From Priapulus caudatus (taxonomy: Eukaryota): a stretch of 55,322 nucleotides of DNA. Within the stretch, counting starts at the first letter, position 1, and each line of letters opens with the position of its first letter. The position numbers were made by a program, and so were the translations under genes. The notes under the pieces were generated by a model. That model was not told where the DNA came from. It did no database searches and was given only the letters and a program-made list of their open reading frames with translations. Positions 36,078 through 48,051 of the stretch are shown here, one piece after another. The DNA lies in the NCBI RefSeq assembly GCF_000485595.1, contig NW_014577072.1, positions 744,041 to 799,362 on the forward strand, written 5' to 3'.

Positions 36078-38444
36078 CTACTTCGGTTTTCTCTTGGTTT
36101 CTTGTTCTTCTGCCACAGATCTTCATGCAGACTTTTCGACATGTAGTATGGTTCTCTTTCTGATTCCATCATGCCTCTCGCAATCTTCAACTGGAAACAT
36201 CAGAGTGGAATGTGGCTGGAAAACTACTGTCACTTTACACAAAATTATCTGAAAAAGGTTTTTAAGAAGACTATTCTGAAATGACATCACCGTGACAATG
36301 ACAATGAAGCCCATTTTTCTAGCACTTACCAAAGCAGAGAAGAGCGTGTCCACAGCCATGCCAATAACACTAAAAGAACCGCGGATGATTATGAAGATAG
36401 GCTCCAATTGTGAATTACGCTGCTCAAAAAAATATATAGCTCCACTGAGAATTAAAACAGTCACGAAAATTTACACTTGGGAAAAAGAATGGAAGGCTGA
36501 TAACCTTGTAAGTTACGAATTAGCTCCACTAGCAAGTCAAACAGCTGCTTTATTAACTGCTAGCCTTATGGCACTCACCAAAGTATATCTTAATAAGATA
36601 TGGAGCTTACACCTGAATTACACGGCGACAACAGCAAAACACAACCACAACATGCATCCGATGTGAAATCAATAAACACAATAAAGTAATGACAGCTCAT
36701 GAATGTCAGCCTGCAACCTTACTTACAATTACAGGAATAAATAGTAATTGACGGTTAGGCACTTGGTCCACTATAACATTCTGGCATATAAGCGTTCAAA
36801 CACCAGTGAACAAGAAGAAAGAGAAAACCCCTGAAAGAGGTGTACAGTAGAGGTTAATAATGTTAGATAAAGCAAGAATTTTATTATATTTCAGATGGTG
36901 GCCTCTACTGCAATTTCATGAAACACACACGAAAGTTATACAAAACAGCAATGCAATCATGCATATGTTGCCTAGTCAAAATACAAAGCACACTGTCAAT
37001 ACAGTACATCATGAGCGTGCAAACTGAATGTACACACAATTATATATTTAGATAATTTAGAATGCATGGTGCTCACTGCATTCACTAATGAGTTTACATA
37101 AAGACCAAGGTTTTGAGCAATTTTCATAAAATTTACAGACACTTGAGATGTGCAGCACAAGCATTATTTACGCTCTTAGGTCTATGTCACCAGGGTACTG
37201 CCGGAACGGTACCTGGTAACTATCTGATATGGTTAGGGTCAGGGTTAGTGTTAGGGTTAAAGGTTAGGGTTAGGGAGTAGGCATAGGCGACTCCCTAGAC
37301 TCGTTAGTGGAGTAGGCGAGGTACAAGTCGCATATTAGATAGTACCAGGGTACGTTCGCGATATATCGAACCGTACCCAATACCCTCCGATAGTACCCAG
37401 GGGGACATAGACCCTCTCAGCATTATTTACAGTGTGCACAAGTGAACATTAGGAAGGCTTAGTTTCCCAAATGTAACCTTAGAGAGGAACAAAAAGGTAA
37501 TACTATACGACAAATTGTCTAGACAAGATTAAAATGCAGTAAACCCCTGTAAACTAACAGAGTAAATAAACGAGGCAGCCACATTGGCAGATCCAAGAAT
37601 GAGGCGAACAGAGGGGCTGATCATGAAACCCACTAATGAGGTGGTGTCTGGGAAGCATAAGTTCTAGTCAGCAGGGCCAAGCTGTGAGTTTTCGTGTTTA
37701 TAATAGCAATTTCGAGCCTGTGGTGAGCATTAAATTTGGTAAACAATATGTAAAATTAGAGGTATGAAATACTTCATAAATGACTAATTAGGTATTTTTC
37801 ACATTTTCCGGCACGATTCTCGCACAGCGTGCAACCCTATACTGTGCCATTGGTTCTGCAGTATGATCAGCATGCCCGTCTATCAATTAGCTTCGATTTC
37901 TGTTAGGTAGAGGTTCACTGTATATCGTAGAACAGTTAGCAGGTCAAGGATAGTCCCATTTCAGAAACAGTGTCTGCATGCAGTGATAGTGATTAATAAA
38001 CATTTATCAATGTGAAGATTTTATCTGCATGCATTACTTACAATAACAGGACCAGGTTGTGATATTTAAACGTGGTTTTCAATGGTTCAAAAATGTCAAA
38101 ACCCGAGAGTATTCTGTTTGTGAACCAGAAAAAATGACAGCAACCCTGGACACAATGTGGTCATGAAGAAAGAACTATATACCTTGTGAAATATCCATAA
38201 TCTATAATGTATAAACAGAAAAAAGCTACTATGTATTTATTTTAGTATAATGCAATCCCAAAGGATACTTAACCCCCAGCGTGACAACAAGGCATGTCAA
38301 GTCCAGGCAAATGTCAAGTGTTAAAATAACTGGTGATTTATCCATAAACCCATAAGCCCATATATACATATACATTTCAGAAAATATGTAAAAGGCATGC
38401 AGTGTTACCTAATGCTCCAACGACCATTGAGTTTTCCAATGAAC
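36078..38444 (-). other. Indel-ridden duplicate of the last 4 CTL exons (36078-36190, ~36330-36419, 36727-36830, 38409-38444); probable assembly artefact rather than pseudogene
   Basis: Collinear with 42739-45110 including introns and the MITE; differences are mostly 1-nt indels; ends at the N gap. Confidence 0.8.
37172..37421. mobile_element. Mutator-like MITE (duplicate of 43815-44098)
   Basis: Same TSD attatttac and same flanks. Confidence 0.85.
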
Positions 38445-38469
38445 NNNNNNNNNNNNNNNNNNNNNNNNN
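38445..38469. other. Assembly gap (25 N)
   Basis: Run of N. Confidence 1.
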
Positions 38470-40929
38470 GTGGGGATGGACCATCCATTGGTCAATACTT
38501 ATAACTCACTGTCCTTATAGACGTGATTGATATCATCCTTAGTGTAAGTATATCAACAGCAAATTAACTAATCGCAGCAGTAGCGGATCAGATAGGCTCC
38601 ACCTGACGTTGTTGATCTGTAAGTCGCGTATTTCTTTCATGATTATTAATTGCTCGCTGCGAACTCTGATATCCAAGATGGCTCCCTTCCCGCCCTCTGT
38701 TGCTTATTTTGCGCTGTCACGCTCTAGAAGCATTTATATAGATAAGGATACAGTCTAATACAAGAGTACTAATAAATGCTATATGATATACACCTTGCTT
38801 ATACCCGGTATGTACATTGTAAAAAAAGTACAGGCTGTGTATACTTAAATGACTTCACTATATTATTAACTATTTTTATATGGATAAATGCCGTCAAGGC
38901 CAGGAGCGTATCTGAGTCTGTGGTCGGGAGGAGGGTGGGGGCGGGTGGGTGAGGCTGGAGGGGGCGAGGAGAGGGGCGCGTGACAGGGGCATCTAAATCA
39001 GCAAAAATAAACGTTCAGTCCTTTTTAAAAGAAGCATACCATTAGAACCGCATTGATTATGCCACAAGTGTGACGATATATCAGCAGCTAACTGTGCACT
39101 CTTGTTGTTATGCTTAATATATGTACATTACCTTATAGCCAAACGCATATTAGTTTGTCCATTATGATCACTGGCTGGTTACTGTGAAAAGTTTCTAATT
39201 GAATATCGCGAGACTCGCAAGAAATCCGAGCTTGACTAAGCTACCAGCCGCTACACTGATCCGACTCCGCGGTGATTAAGGGCGATCACGATATGGATCT
39301 TGACGAGATGTTCTTAGTTTGGCTGCGGAGGGCTTAAAGATTGGCTCTGAGAGGTCATTTTGGCCGATCGATAATTTTGATATCGGGAGCAGCATCGGTC
39401 GGTATTAGCTGTCGGCGGCCGTTATCGACGCGATCTTCGAGCGATAGGTGCCGTCAGCCATCCCGACCTCGACGCCCTCGCCTTGAACAGTAAATTGACC
39501 TACTTCACATGAGCGATCGCGCTCATTGGTTGAACTACGCATTCGAATGGAGTGGCATTCGGAGAACCATGGGATAATTCACTCCGACGCTTAGTACCAC
39601 TTGCTAAACATTACCGCTTGGAACGCCGACCTATAGGCGCGCATGCGTTTTGCGACGCAACTTTGAGTCGGACAGTGTGCGGTGGCCTCCCGATCGATCG
39701 GGATCGGGTCGGATAGTGTGCGGGGCGTTAGTGCTGTGCACAGTGCAAAATCGGATAGTGTGCGGCTAGCATAACTTGTTTACAGTTTCGAAACCGCATA
39801 CGGCGAAACGGGTGTGATACAGATTTATAGTGCACCGGACATTTCCGCACGCATGCTCGGCCGTACGCAATGCTAGCGATAGTACAGTACCGTAACTGTA
39901 TACGTAACAGTAGCTCTGATTGTAATGAACGTGGAATCCACGTACGGACGCTAGTGATAATGAAGTAGGCTGTGTTGGGGGCCAACACTATGGGGGGATC
40001 ACGGACTAACCACGGCCACAGACTAAACATGGAAAGCAGACGGCACTACGCGTATTTACGTATATTGGTCAAACGAATACACCCGTGTCCGAAATTAAAG
40101 ACATGTGGGTACCCGTTCATTAGCACCCACGTTATTTACTTGTGCCTCAATACCAAGAATACACCCAGAGATACATTTTACTAGCTCATTAGTCGTTATA
40201 AGCATCCCGGGACAAACAATTCTCTGCTCAACACCTGTAGCAACATGTGACGTCACCTAACCGTTTCGAGGCTATTTTGCTTGGCAAGCAATTTAGCATT
40301 GGCGCCAGATTACCAGATTTACGAATTTCAATTAGACATTTCTTAGTAATTAGCAGTGATATTGGACAAACTAATACGCGTTTGGCTATAAGGTATATGC
40401 ACTTATTAACTACACAAGGTGCCAGTTACTGTAGCATTCGTCAACTTTGCATAATCAAAGGGCCTATTATGCCTTTAACAGTCAACAAATCTATGTTTAA
40501 CCCTCTTGAGGGTCAAAAGGTTATCAGAGACTTACTCTTCGCACGTCAGCGGAAAGTATATTTCATCGTTCTTTCAATAAAGTGATAGAAATGGTAGGTC
40601 AGCGCTGAAACAAAAAAGTTTTGCACTCGGTCCGTTAGACCATGTCCTTCCCCCTCCATTGACACGTCTTAACCTTTGACCCTTGACCCCCAAATTCGAC
40701 ATCCCGAGTCCTTTTCGCGATCCTCCCCACCCCTACGTCACGAATATCAAGACCGTACGTCGAGCGGTTAAGATTTGTGCCCAACTGTTGACGGACGGAC
40801 AATCATGCGATTCTACAAGCTGCATCCGACTTCGTCAGCTAGATTTGTAGGCAAAGTATATATAATAGTGTGTATGTAGAAGATGCTCTGGATTATGTCC
40901 ATTAGAACGATAATAGATACTAGTTGGAT
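38470..40929. repeat. Second, error-rich copy of ~32480-34799 (HINE plus Kolobok insertion, copy B)
   Basis: Collinear alignment by eye; insertion-rich noise is worst at the left end. Confidence 0.85.
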
Positions 40930-40939
40930 NNNNNNNNNN
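40930..40939. other. Assembly gap (10 N)
   Basis: Run of N. Confidence 1.
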
Positions 40940-41373
40940 TGGGAGGGGAGGGGCGGGGGGAGGGGGCTCTAATAGCAAAAGCAGGTCAGTCCTTTGTTAA
41001 CAGTCAACAAATCTATGTTTAACCCTCCTCTTGATGGTCAAAAGGGTATCAGACACTTACTCTTCGCACGTCAGTGGAAAGTACATTTCATCGTTCTTTC
41101 AATAAAGTGATAGAAATGGTAGGTCAGCGCTGAAACAAAAAAGTTCTGCACTCGGTCCATTAGACCATGTCATTCCCCCTCCATTGACACGTCTTAACCT
41201 TTGACCCTTGACCCCCAAATTCGACATCCCGAGTCCTTTTCGCGATCCCCCCACCCCTACGTCCCGAATATCAAGACCGTACGTCGAGCGGTTAAGATTT
41301 GTGCCCAACTGTTGACGAACGGACGGACGGACAATCATGCGATTCTACAAGCTGCATCCGACTTCGTCAGCTA
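40940..41373 (-). mobile_element. Partial HINE-like element lacking the Kolobok insertion (copy C)
   Basis: cctttgttaacagtcaac joins the two sequences that flank the insertion in copies A and B. Confidence 0.75.
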
Positions 41374-41999
41374 GATTTGTAGGCAAAGTATATAGTGTGT
41401 ATGTAGAAGATGCTCTGGATTATGTCCATTAGAACGAAAAAAGATACTAGTTGGATTAATGCCGACTATTATGGAAATGCAGATTTACGACGTAAACAGT
41501 ACGTACCTAACACTTTTATTACGAACCTCTAAACCTGCGCCGAAAACTTATTTCCGCGTTATATTTCGTTGGCCGAATATTCACATAATAACTGTGTTTT
41601 CATTTTAATGCCAAGTCAGGTAAAATCGAGTTAATTGGTCCGTTAGTTACTTGAATTTTACAGCGATTTATTGCAACAATGTTACGAAGATTTTGTGGAA
41701 TGACATATTGAATGTTGGGGGAACAAATTACATGTTATAACTGCCATACATCAAAATTAATTAAAGCATCAGGGCGATTTACACTTAGATGATATCATGC
41801 AATTGGCAAACACACAACACGCAATTACACAGAAAATAGATTCCATTCGAATTTAGCAGTAATGGGTACATATATATATATATACCATTACAAATATATT
41901 AAAATATAATATTACAATGTGCTATGGGAAGTATCATTGGGTTGAGCATTAATAGTATTAGAAGTGAATAAAACCATTAATTTCAGGAATGAATTTGGT

Positions 42000-42005
42000 T
42001 TTATT
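42000..42005 (-). promoter_or_regulatory. Candidate polyadenylation signal AATAAA for the CTL gene
   Basis: tttatt ~730 nt downstream of the stop codon; position only, and other hexamers exist nearby. Confidence 0.3.
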
Positions 42006-42738
42006 AACTCCTGATAGTATCCATAAAATTTCTTGAACTTTAGATTTCTAAAATGCTATAATAATAATAATAATAATATTCATCATTACATAATTTCACA
42101 TAAACACATTATTACAAATATAATCAATAGTTTTCAGGAATGTTTAAAAGCTATTCATAAACATGAAACGTCCACTTAGTACTATCATTGTCATCCCATT
42201 GCCAGAAAACAAGCAAGAAAGCGAACGCAATGCATTTGTGCGTTCAAACAGAAAATTGGCAACGACAAAACATTGGTTTTCAATCAACACAAGGTAGACA
42301 CATGTGCGAGAAGCAGAAAATATATATACATAGATTCATATGAATACAAGCCCACCTTTCAATGAATCTGCATGGGCCATACATATGAAAGTAAGTTTTA
42401 TTCCACCAATAAATTTAACCGATTACCTTGGTCACAAAGCTGGAAAAATACTGCTTGCTGGCTTTGGAATATTTATAATCAATCAACTTGATTTGGACAT
42501 TATTTATGATGCCCTGTAGGTGAATTCTCCAATGTACACACATAGAAGGGCTGAAAAATAAACCCAACTTAGATTAGTATGACAATACTACGAACTGAAG
42601 AAATCTAACCATGTCTTCACACGTTATAACTCAAAAGGCATCACTTACATTCAGTTGTGAGAACATGCTTTAGACTGTACAGTGTAAGACTAACAGTAGA
42701 CTTACAACTGTAAGTGAACCTGGTCTATTTCCGTAGTT

Positions 42739-42851
42739 CTACTTCGGTTTTCTCTTTGGTTTCTTGTTCTTCTTGCCACAGATCTTCATGAGACTTTTCG
42801 ACATGTAGTATGGTTTCTCTTCTGATCCATCATGCCTCTCGCAATCTTCAA
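42739..42851 (-). CDS. CTL2: CTL last exon (EDCERHDGSEEKPYYMSKSLMKICGKKNKKPKRKPK*)
   Basis: Acceptor 42852-42853; TAG at 42739-42741. Confidence 0.92.
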
Positions 42852-45800
42852 CTGGAAACATCAGAGTGGCATGTGTGGAAAACTACTGTCACTTTACACA
42901 AAATTATCTGAAAAAGGTTTTAAGAGATATTCTGAAATGAACATCAACGTGACAATGACAATGAAGCCATTTTTTCCTAGCACTTACCAAAGCAGAGGAA
43001 GAGCGTGTCCACAGCCATGCCATAAACACTAAAGAACCCGGATGATATGAGATAGGCTCCAATTGTAATTACCTGTCAGAAAAATATATAGCTCCATGAG
43101 AATTAAAACAGTCACGAAAATATGACCTTGGGAAAAAGAATGGAAGGCTGATACCTTGTAAGTTACGAATTAGCTCACTAGGCAAGTCAAACAGCTGCTT
43201 TATTTAACTGCTAGCCTTATGGCACTCACCAAAAGTATAGTATTAATAAGATATGGAGCTTACACCTGAATATTACAGCGACAACAGCAAAACACAACCA
43301 CAACATGCATCCGATGTGAAATCAATAACACAATAAAGTAATGAACAGCTCATGAATGCAGCCCTGCAACCTTACTTACAATTACAGGAATAAAGTAGTA
43401 ATTGAGGTTAGGCACTTGGTCCACTATAACATCTGGCATATAAGCGTTCAAACCACCAGTGAACAAGAAGAAAGAGAAAACCCCTGAAAAGTGTACAGTA
43501 GAGGTTAATAATGTTAGATAAACAAGAATTTTATTATATTTCAGATGTGTGCTCTACTGCCATTTCATGAAACACACACGAAAGTTATACAAACACCATG
43601 CAAGCATGCATATGTTGACTAGTCAAATAAAAAGCACACTGTCAATACAGTACATCATGAGCGTGCAAACTGAATTACACACAATTATATTATGTAGATA
43701 ATTTAGAATCATGGTGCTCACTGCATTCACTAATGAGTTTACATAAAGACCAAGGTTTTGAGCATTTTCATAAAATTTACAACACTTGAGATGTGCAGCA
43801 CAAGCATTATTTACGCTCATAGGGTCTATGTCACCCAGGGTACTGCCGGAACGTACCCTGGGTACGGTCCGGTATACCGGAACGTACCCTGGTAACTATC
43901 TGATATGGTTAGGGTTAGGGTTAGTGTTAGGGTTAAGGTTAGGGTTAGGGAGTAGGCATAGGCGACTCCCTAGACTCGTTAGTGGAGTAGGCGAGGTACA
44001 GTCTGGCATATTAGATAGTACCAGGGTACGTTCCGATATATCGAACCGTACCCAAGGTACCCTCCGATAGTACCCAGGGGGACATAGACCCTCTCAGCAT
44101 TATTTACAGTGTGCAAGTGAAACATTAGGAAGGCTTTAGTTACCAAATGTAACCCTTAGAGAGGAACAAAAAGGTAATACTATACGACAAATTGTCTAGA
44201 CAAGATTAAAATGCAGTAAACCCTGTAACTAACAGAGTAAATAAACGAGGCAGCCACATTGGCAGATCCAAGAATGAGCGAACAAGGGGCTGATCATGAA
44301 ACCCACTAATGAGGGGTGTCTGGGAAGCATAAGTTCTGTCAGCAGGGCCAAGCTGTGAGTTTTCGTGTTTATAATAGCAATTTCGAGCCTGTGGTGAGCA
44401 TTAAATTTGGTAAACAATATGTAAAATAGAGGTATGAAATATTCATAAATGACTAATTAGGTATTTTTCACATTTTCCGGCACCGATTCCTGCACAGCGT
44501 GCAACCCTAGTATGTGCCATTGGTTCTGCAGTATGATCAGCCATGCCCGTCTATCAATTAGCTTCGATTTCTGTTAGGTAGAGGTTTCACTGTATATCGT
44601 AGAACAGTTAGCAGTCAAGGATAGTCCCATTTCAGCACAGTGTCTGCATGCAGTGATAGTGATTAATAAACATTTATCAAGTGAAGGATTTTATCTGCAT
44701 GCATTACTTACAATAACAGGGACCAGGTTGTATTTTAAACGTGGTTTCAATGGTTCAAAAATGTCAAAACCCGAGAGTATTCTGTTTGTGAACCAGAAAA
44801 ATGACAGCAACCCTGGAAAGCAATGTGGTTCATGAAGAAAGAACTATATACCTTGTGAAATATCCATAATTATAATGTATAAACAGGAAAAAAGCTACTA
44901 TGGTATTTATTTTAGTATAATGCAATCCCAAAGGATACTTAACCCCCAGCGATGACAACAAGGCATGTCAAGTCAGGCAGAATGTCAAGTGTTAAAATAC
45001 TGGTGATTTATCCATAACCCATAACCCATTATACATATACATTTCAGAAAATATGTAAAAGGCATGCAAGTGTTACCTAATGCTCCAACGACCATGAGTT
45101 TTCCAATGAACAGTAAGAAGTCAGTAACGTTGTCCAGCACAAAGACTCGCACCACATTCCGCATGATCAAGAACAGAGCAGTACGAGCAGAGGTGCAGAA
45201 ATTCTTGCCATATATAGCGATCTACGATTAAAGGAAACCCATTAACAATAAAAACAGTATTCTCACACAACGAATGCAGTTCAGAAAAAATAGTATTAAC
45301 ACACATAGATGAGGCTATATCTAGTCTCATCTATCTTTGGTAGCAACTATGAAAATTGCTATTCAATATTACATTGAGTTGAAATTCGGTTGGGAAAATG
45401 TGGAAGAGTGCACCTGGAAAATGACCATGCTGTACCAGCTACTGTGAAATATTCTAGAATACCTAGCCAATTGCACATTGTGGCTACACGCCTATTAATA
45501 ACACCATGAACATGCACGCGCGCGCACACGCACACACACACACACTATACATATGTCGATGTCACTGACGGCTTTCAACAAAAAGTACCACCTTGAAAAT
45601 AGTTTGCCACCAGAACTCAATAATGGCCATATTATAGCAGTTATCTTTCTACCGTATCACCACCCATCCCAGCAAGAGATAATCCAAATTCAACAACTAA
45701 ATATTACACACCATATAAAACGTACCATGATGTAGGCATTCTTGTTGATGAATTTCAAGAACTTCTCCAGACACCAGAAACAGCATTTCAGGCACTTCAT

Positions 45801-47954
45801 ACAGAACTTTGCCAGCATGTTTTCAGATGCTTTCAGCTTGTAGTCAATGTACTCAAGAAATATCCGTATCAACTTCATTATGGCAATAAGAAGTGAGCCA
45901 AATGCAAGCGAACCCAAGTGATACCTGTGCGCAAGTTCACCGGAAGAAAACACGCATTAACTTTAAGTACAAACAAATCATAAAATTACATCAAAATAGC
46001 ATATATTGTGTGAATCAGCTTGTTTAACATCATGACATTGTTTTTCTAATATGTGTAGCACCTCCAAGATTGCAATGCTAACTGAGCAGCACCCAATTTA
46101 ATTACATTGATATAAATTGCATTTGAATGTCGCTAAATGAATTTCAGTGTATGCACATATGACTGTATGTGTATTCAAGTCTATTTAAAAACTTTCAAAT
46201 GTAGTTTAATTAACCATAACAAAATTGAATTACAGCTCATTTCGCAGCATTCCCATAGCTATACAGGTAGAGCTATGTCAGACATTGATTTTCTATTCTA
46301 GAAACTTGACTAAGAATTAGCAAACCATGCCTCAGTGATCTCCAGAAGCTCTCTGTTACGGCAAACGTTGGGACGTCCTTTGGCTTGTTCCACGCCCAAT
46401 AATAGGATGCAAAAGCTCCGGCCAATGTCATCTGGCCAAGAGCTATGACAAAATACATCATCCACAACCACATGAAGAGACTGGCAAGTTGAAACCAAAA
46501 CAAGTTGTCGTTGTAGAAGTCACCTCCATAACCAATGAACATACACTTGGCACCTAAAAAATTGACATAAGCATACATGTGTCAATATATAAACCCACAG
46601 GCAATAGCATAACCAATGCGCACATTATCAAACACAGGTTTAAAAGATGTTTTAATTTACACTAATAATTAGGTGCAACATTCCTACACAGGTTTTATCA
46701 CTACGTATCAAACTATATGCGTAAAACTATCACAATCCTTCACATATCGTCATATCAGCAAACTATACTACATACATAACATGTAACAGATAGTTACAAT
46801 ACAAGTGATTTAACGTTGCCACCAGCTCAATTCTGAACCAGTACAGTCTAGGAAATTACCTGTATCGCCATATTTCTCATTGAAGTCTGTTGAATTACAG
46901 AAGCTGCCATTCTTATAGTCACCACAGCAGTTCAGCTCCGCATTGACGACCATACTCTGTTGCTTTCCAGACGATGCCAGAAACACAGCAGTCGCCACCC
47001 CGAAGACAAACACACCCGCCTGTAACATGTTGTCACAATCATCACATGGTATTCCCATGATAGTGCTGTCAGGCAACCTAACATTGCTATCTTTAACAAT
47101 TTAGCATCTTGTTTTTTTAATATACAAGTCTGATCGTTAGACATAATAAACAGTAGACGTAAATGACTGAAATATATACATATTGCAGGAAGTGTTCATA
47201 TCCGGTGATACGTATGGCAATTAAAAGTGAATTACCTCCAATAAAAAGGTAATAAGTGGGAAAAACAGTGTAGAGTTCATATGGCCAACAGCTTTGCTTG
47301 CTTCACCAATCAGTTCAATAGCCAGCATAATTCGTGTGCGCAGGAAGAGGAGCACTAGCAGTAAGATGACGAGAAGAACTGAAATGATGATACCTGCAAT
47401 AACGAAAAGATCATTATAGACTTACAATGCTCTATCTCGTTCACGGACGACCAAAATTTAATGGAACATTCTACTTGTTAAAATACTATACCGTTTATCT
47501 CGGTTTCACACAAACAATGTCATTGTACTCTCAATTTTAGCCAAATATCTTCGAGAGCTCCCAGATAGATTTTGCATGATAGATAGCTAGGAAAACGTAG
47601 TACCAAATGCCAGCCAGGTATCCTGGAGTGCAAGGTAGGCACTCAAATTAGTCGTGAATGCAATTTCAGTAAAGGATAAGTCAGAGTCTGGCACACCCTC
47701 CAGATCAGAATATGTCTTGAAGCAGTAATAGCATCCTGTGTAACACAGAAAATAACAGATTATTAATATCCATATTAAAATGATATTGATAAAATACAGT
47801 GAAATACATGATCTACGAATAACAAAACCAAACATAATTAACCATTTATAAGTAACCTTTAATGAGTAATTATCTACTCCTGCTTCTGCTGCTGGTGCTG
47901 CTGCTGCTGCTGCTACTGCTACTGCTGCTGCTACCGCTACCGCTACCACTACTT

Positions 47955-48051
<97 letters not shown>

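Noticed and set aside
36052..38444. Genuine CTL paralog or pseudogene
   Set aside because: Near-identical introns, a long-read-like indel pattern and termination at an N gap point to an artefact.
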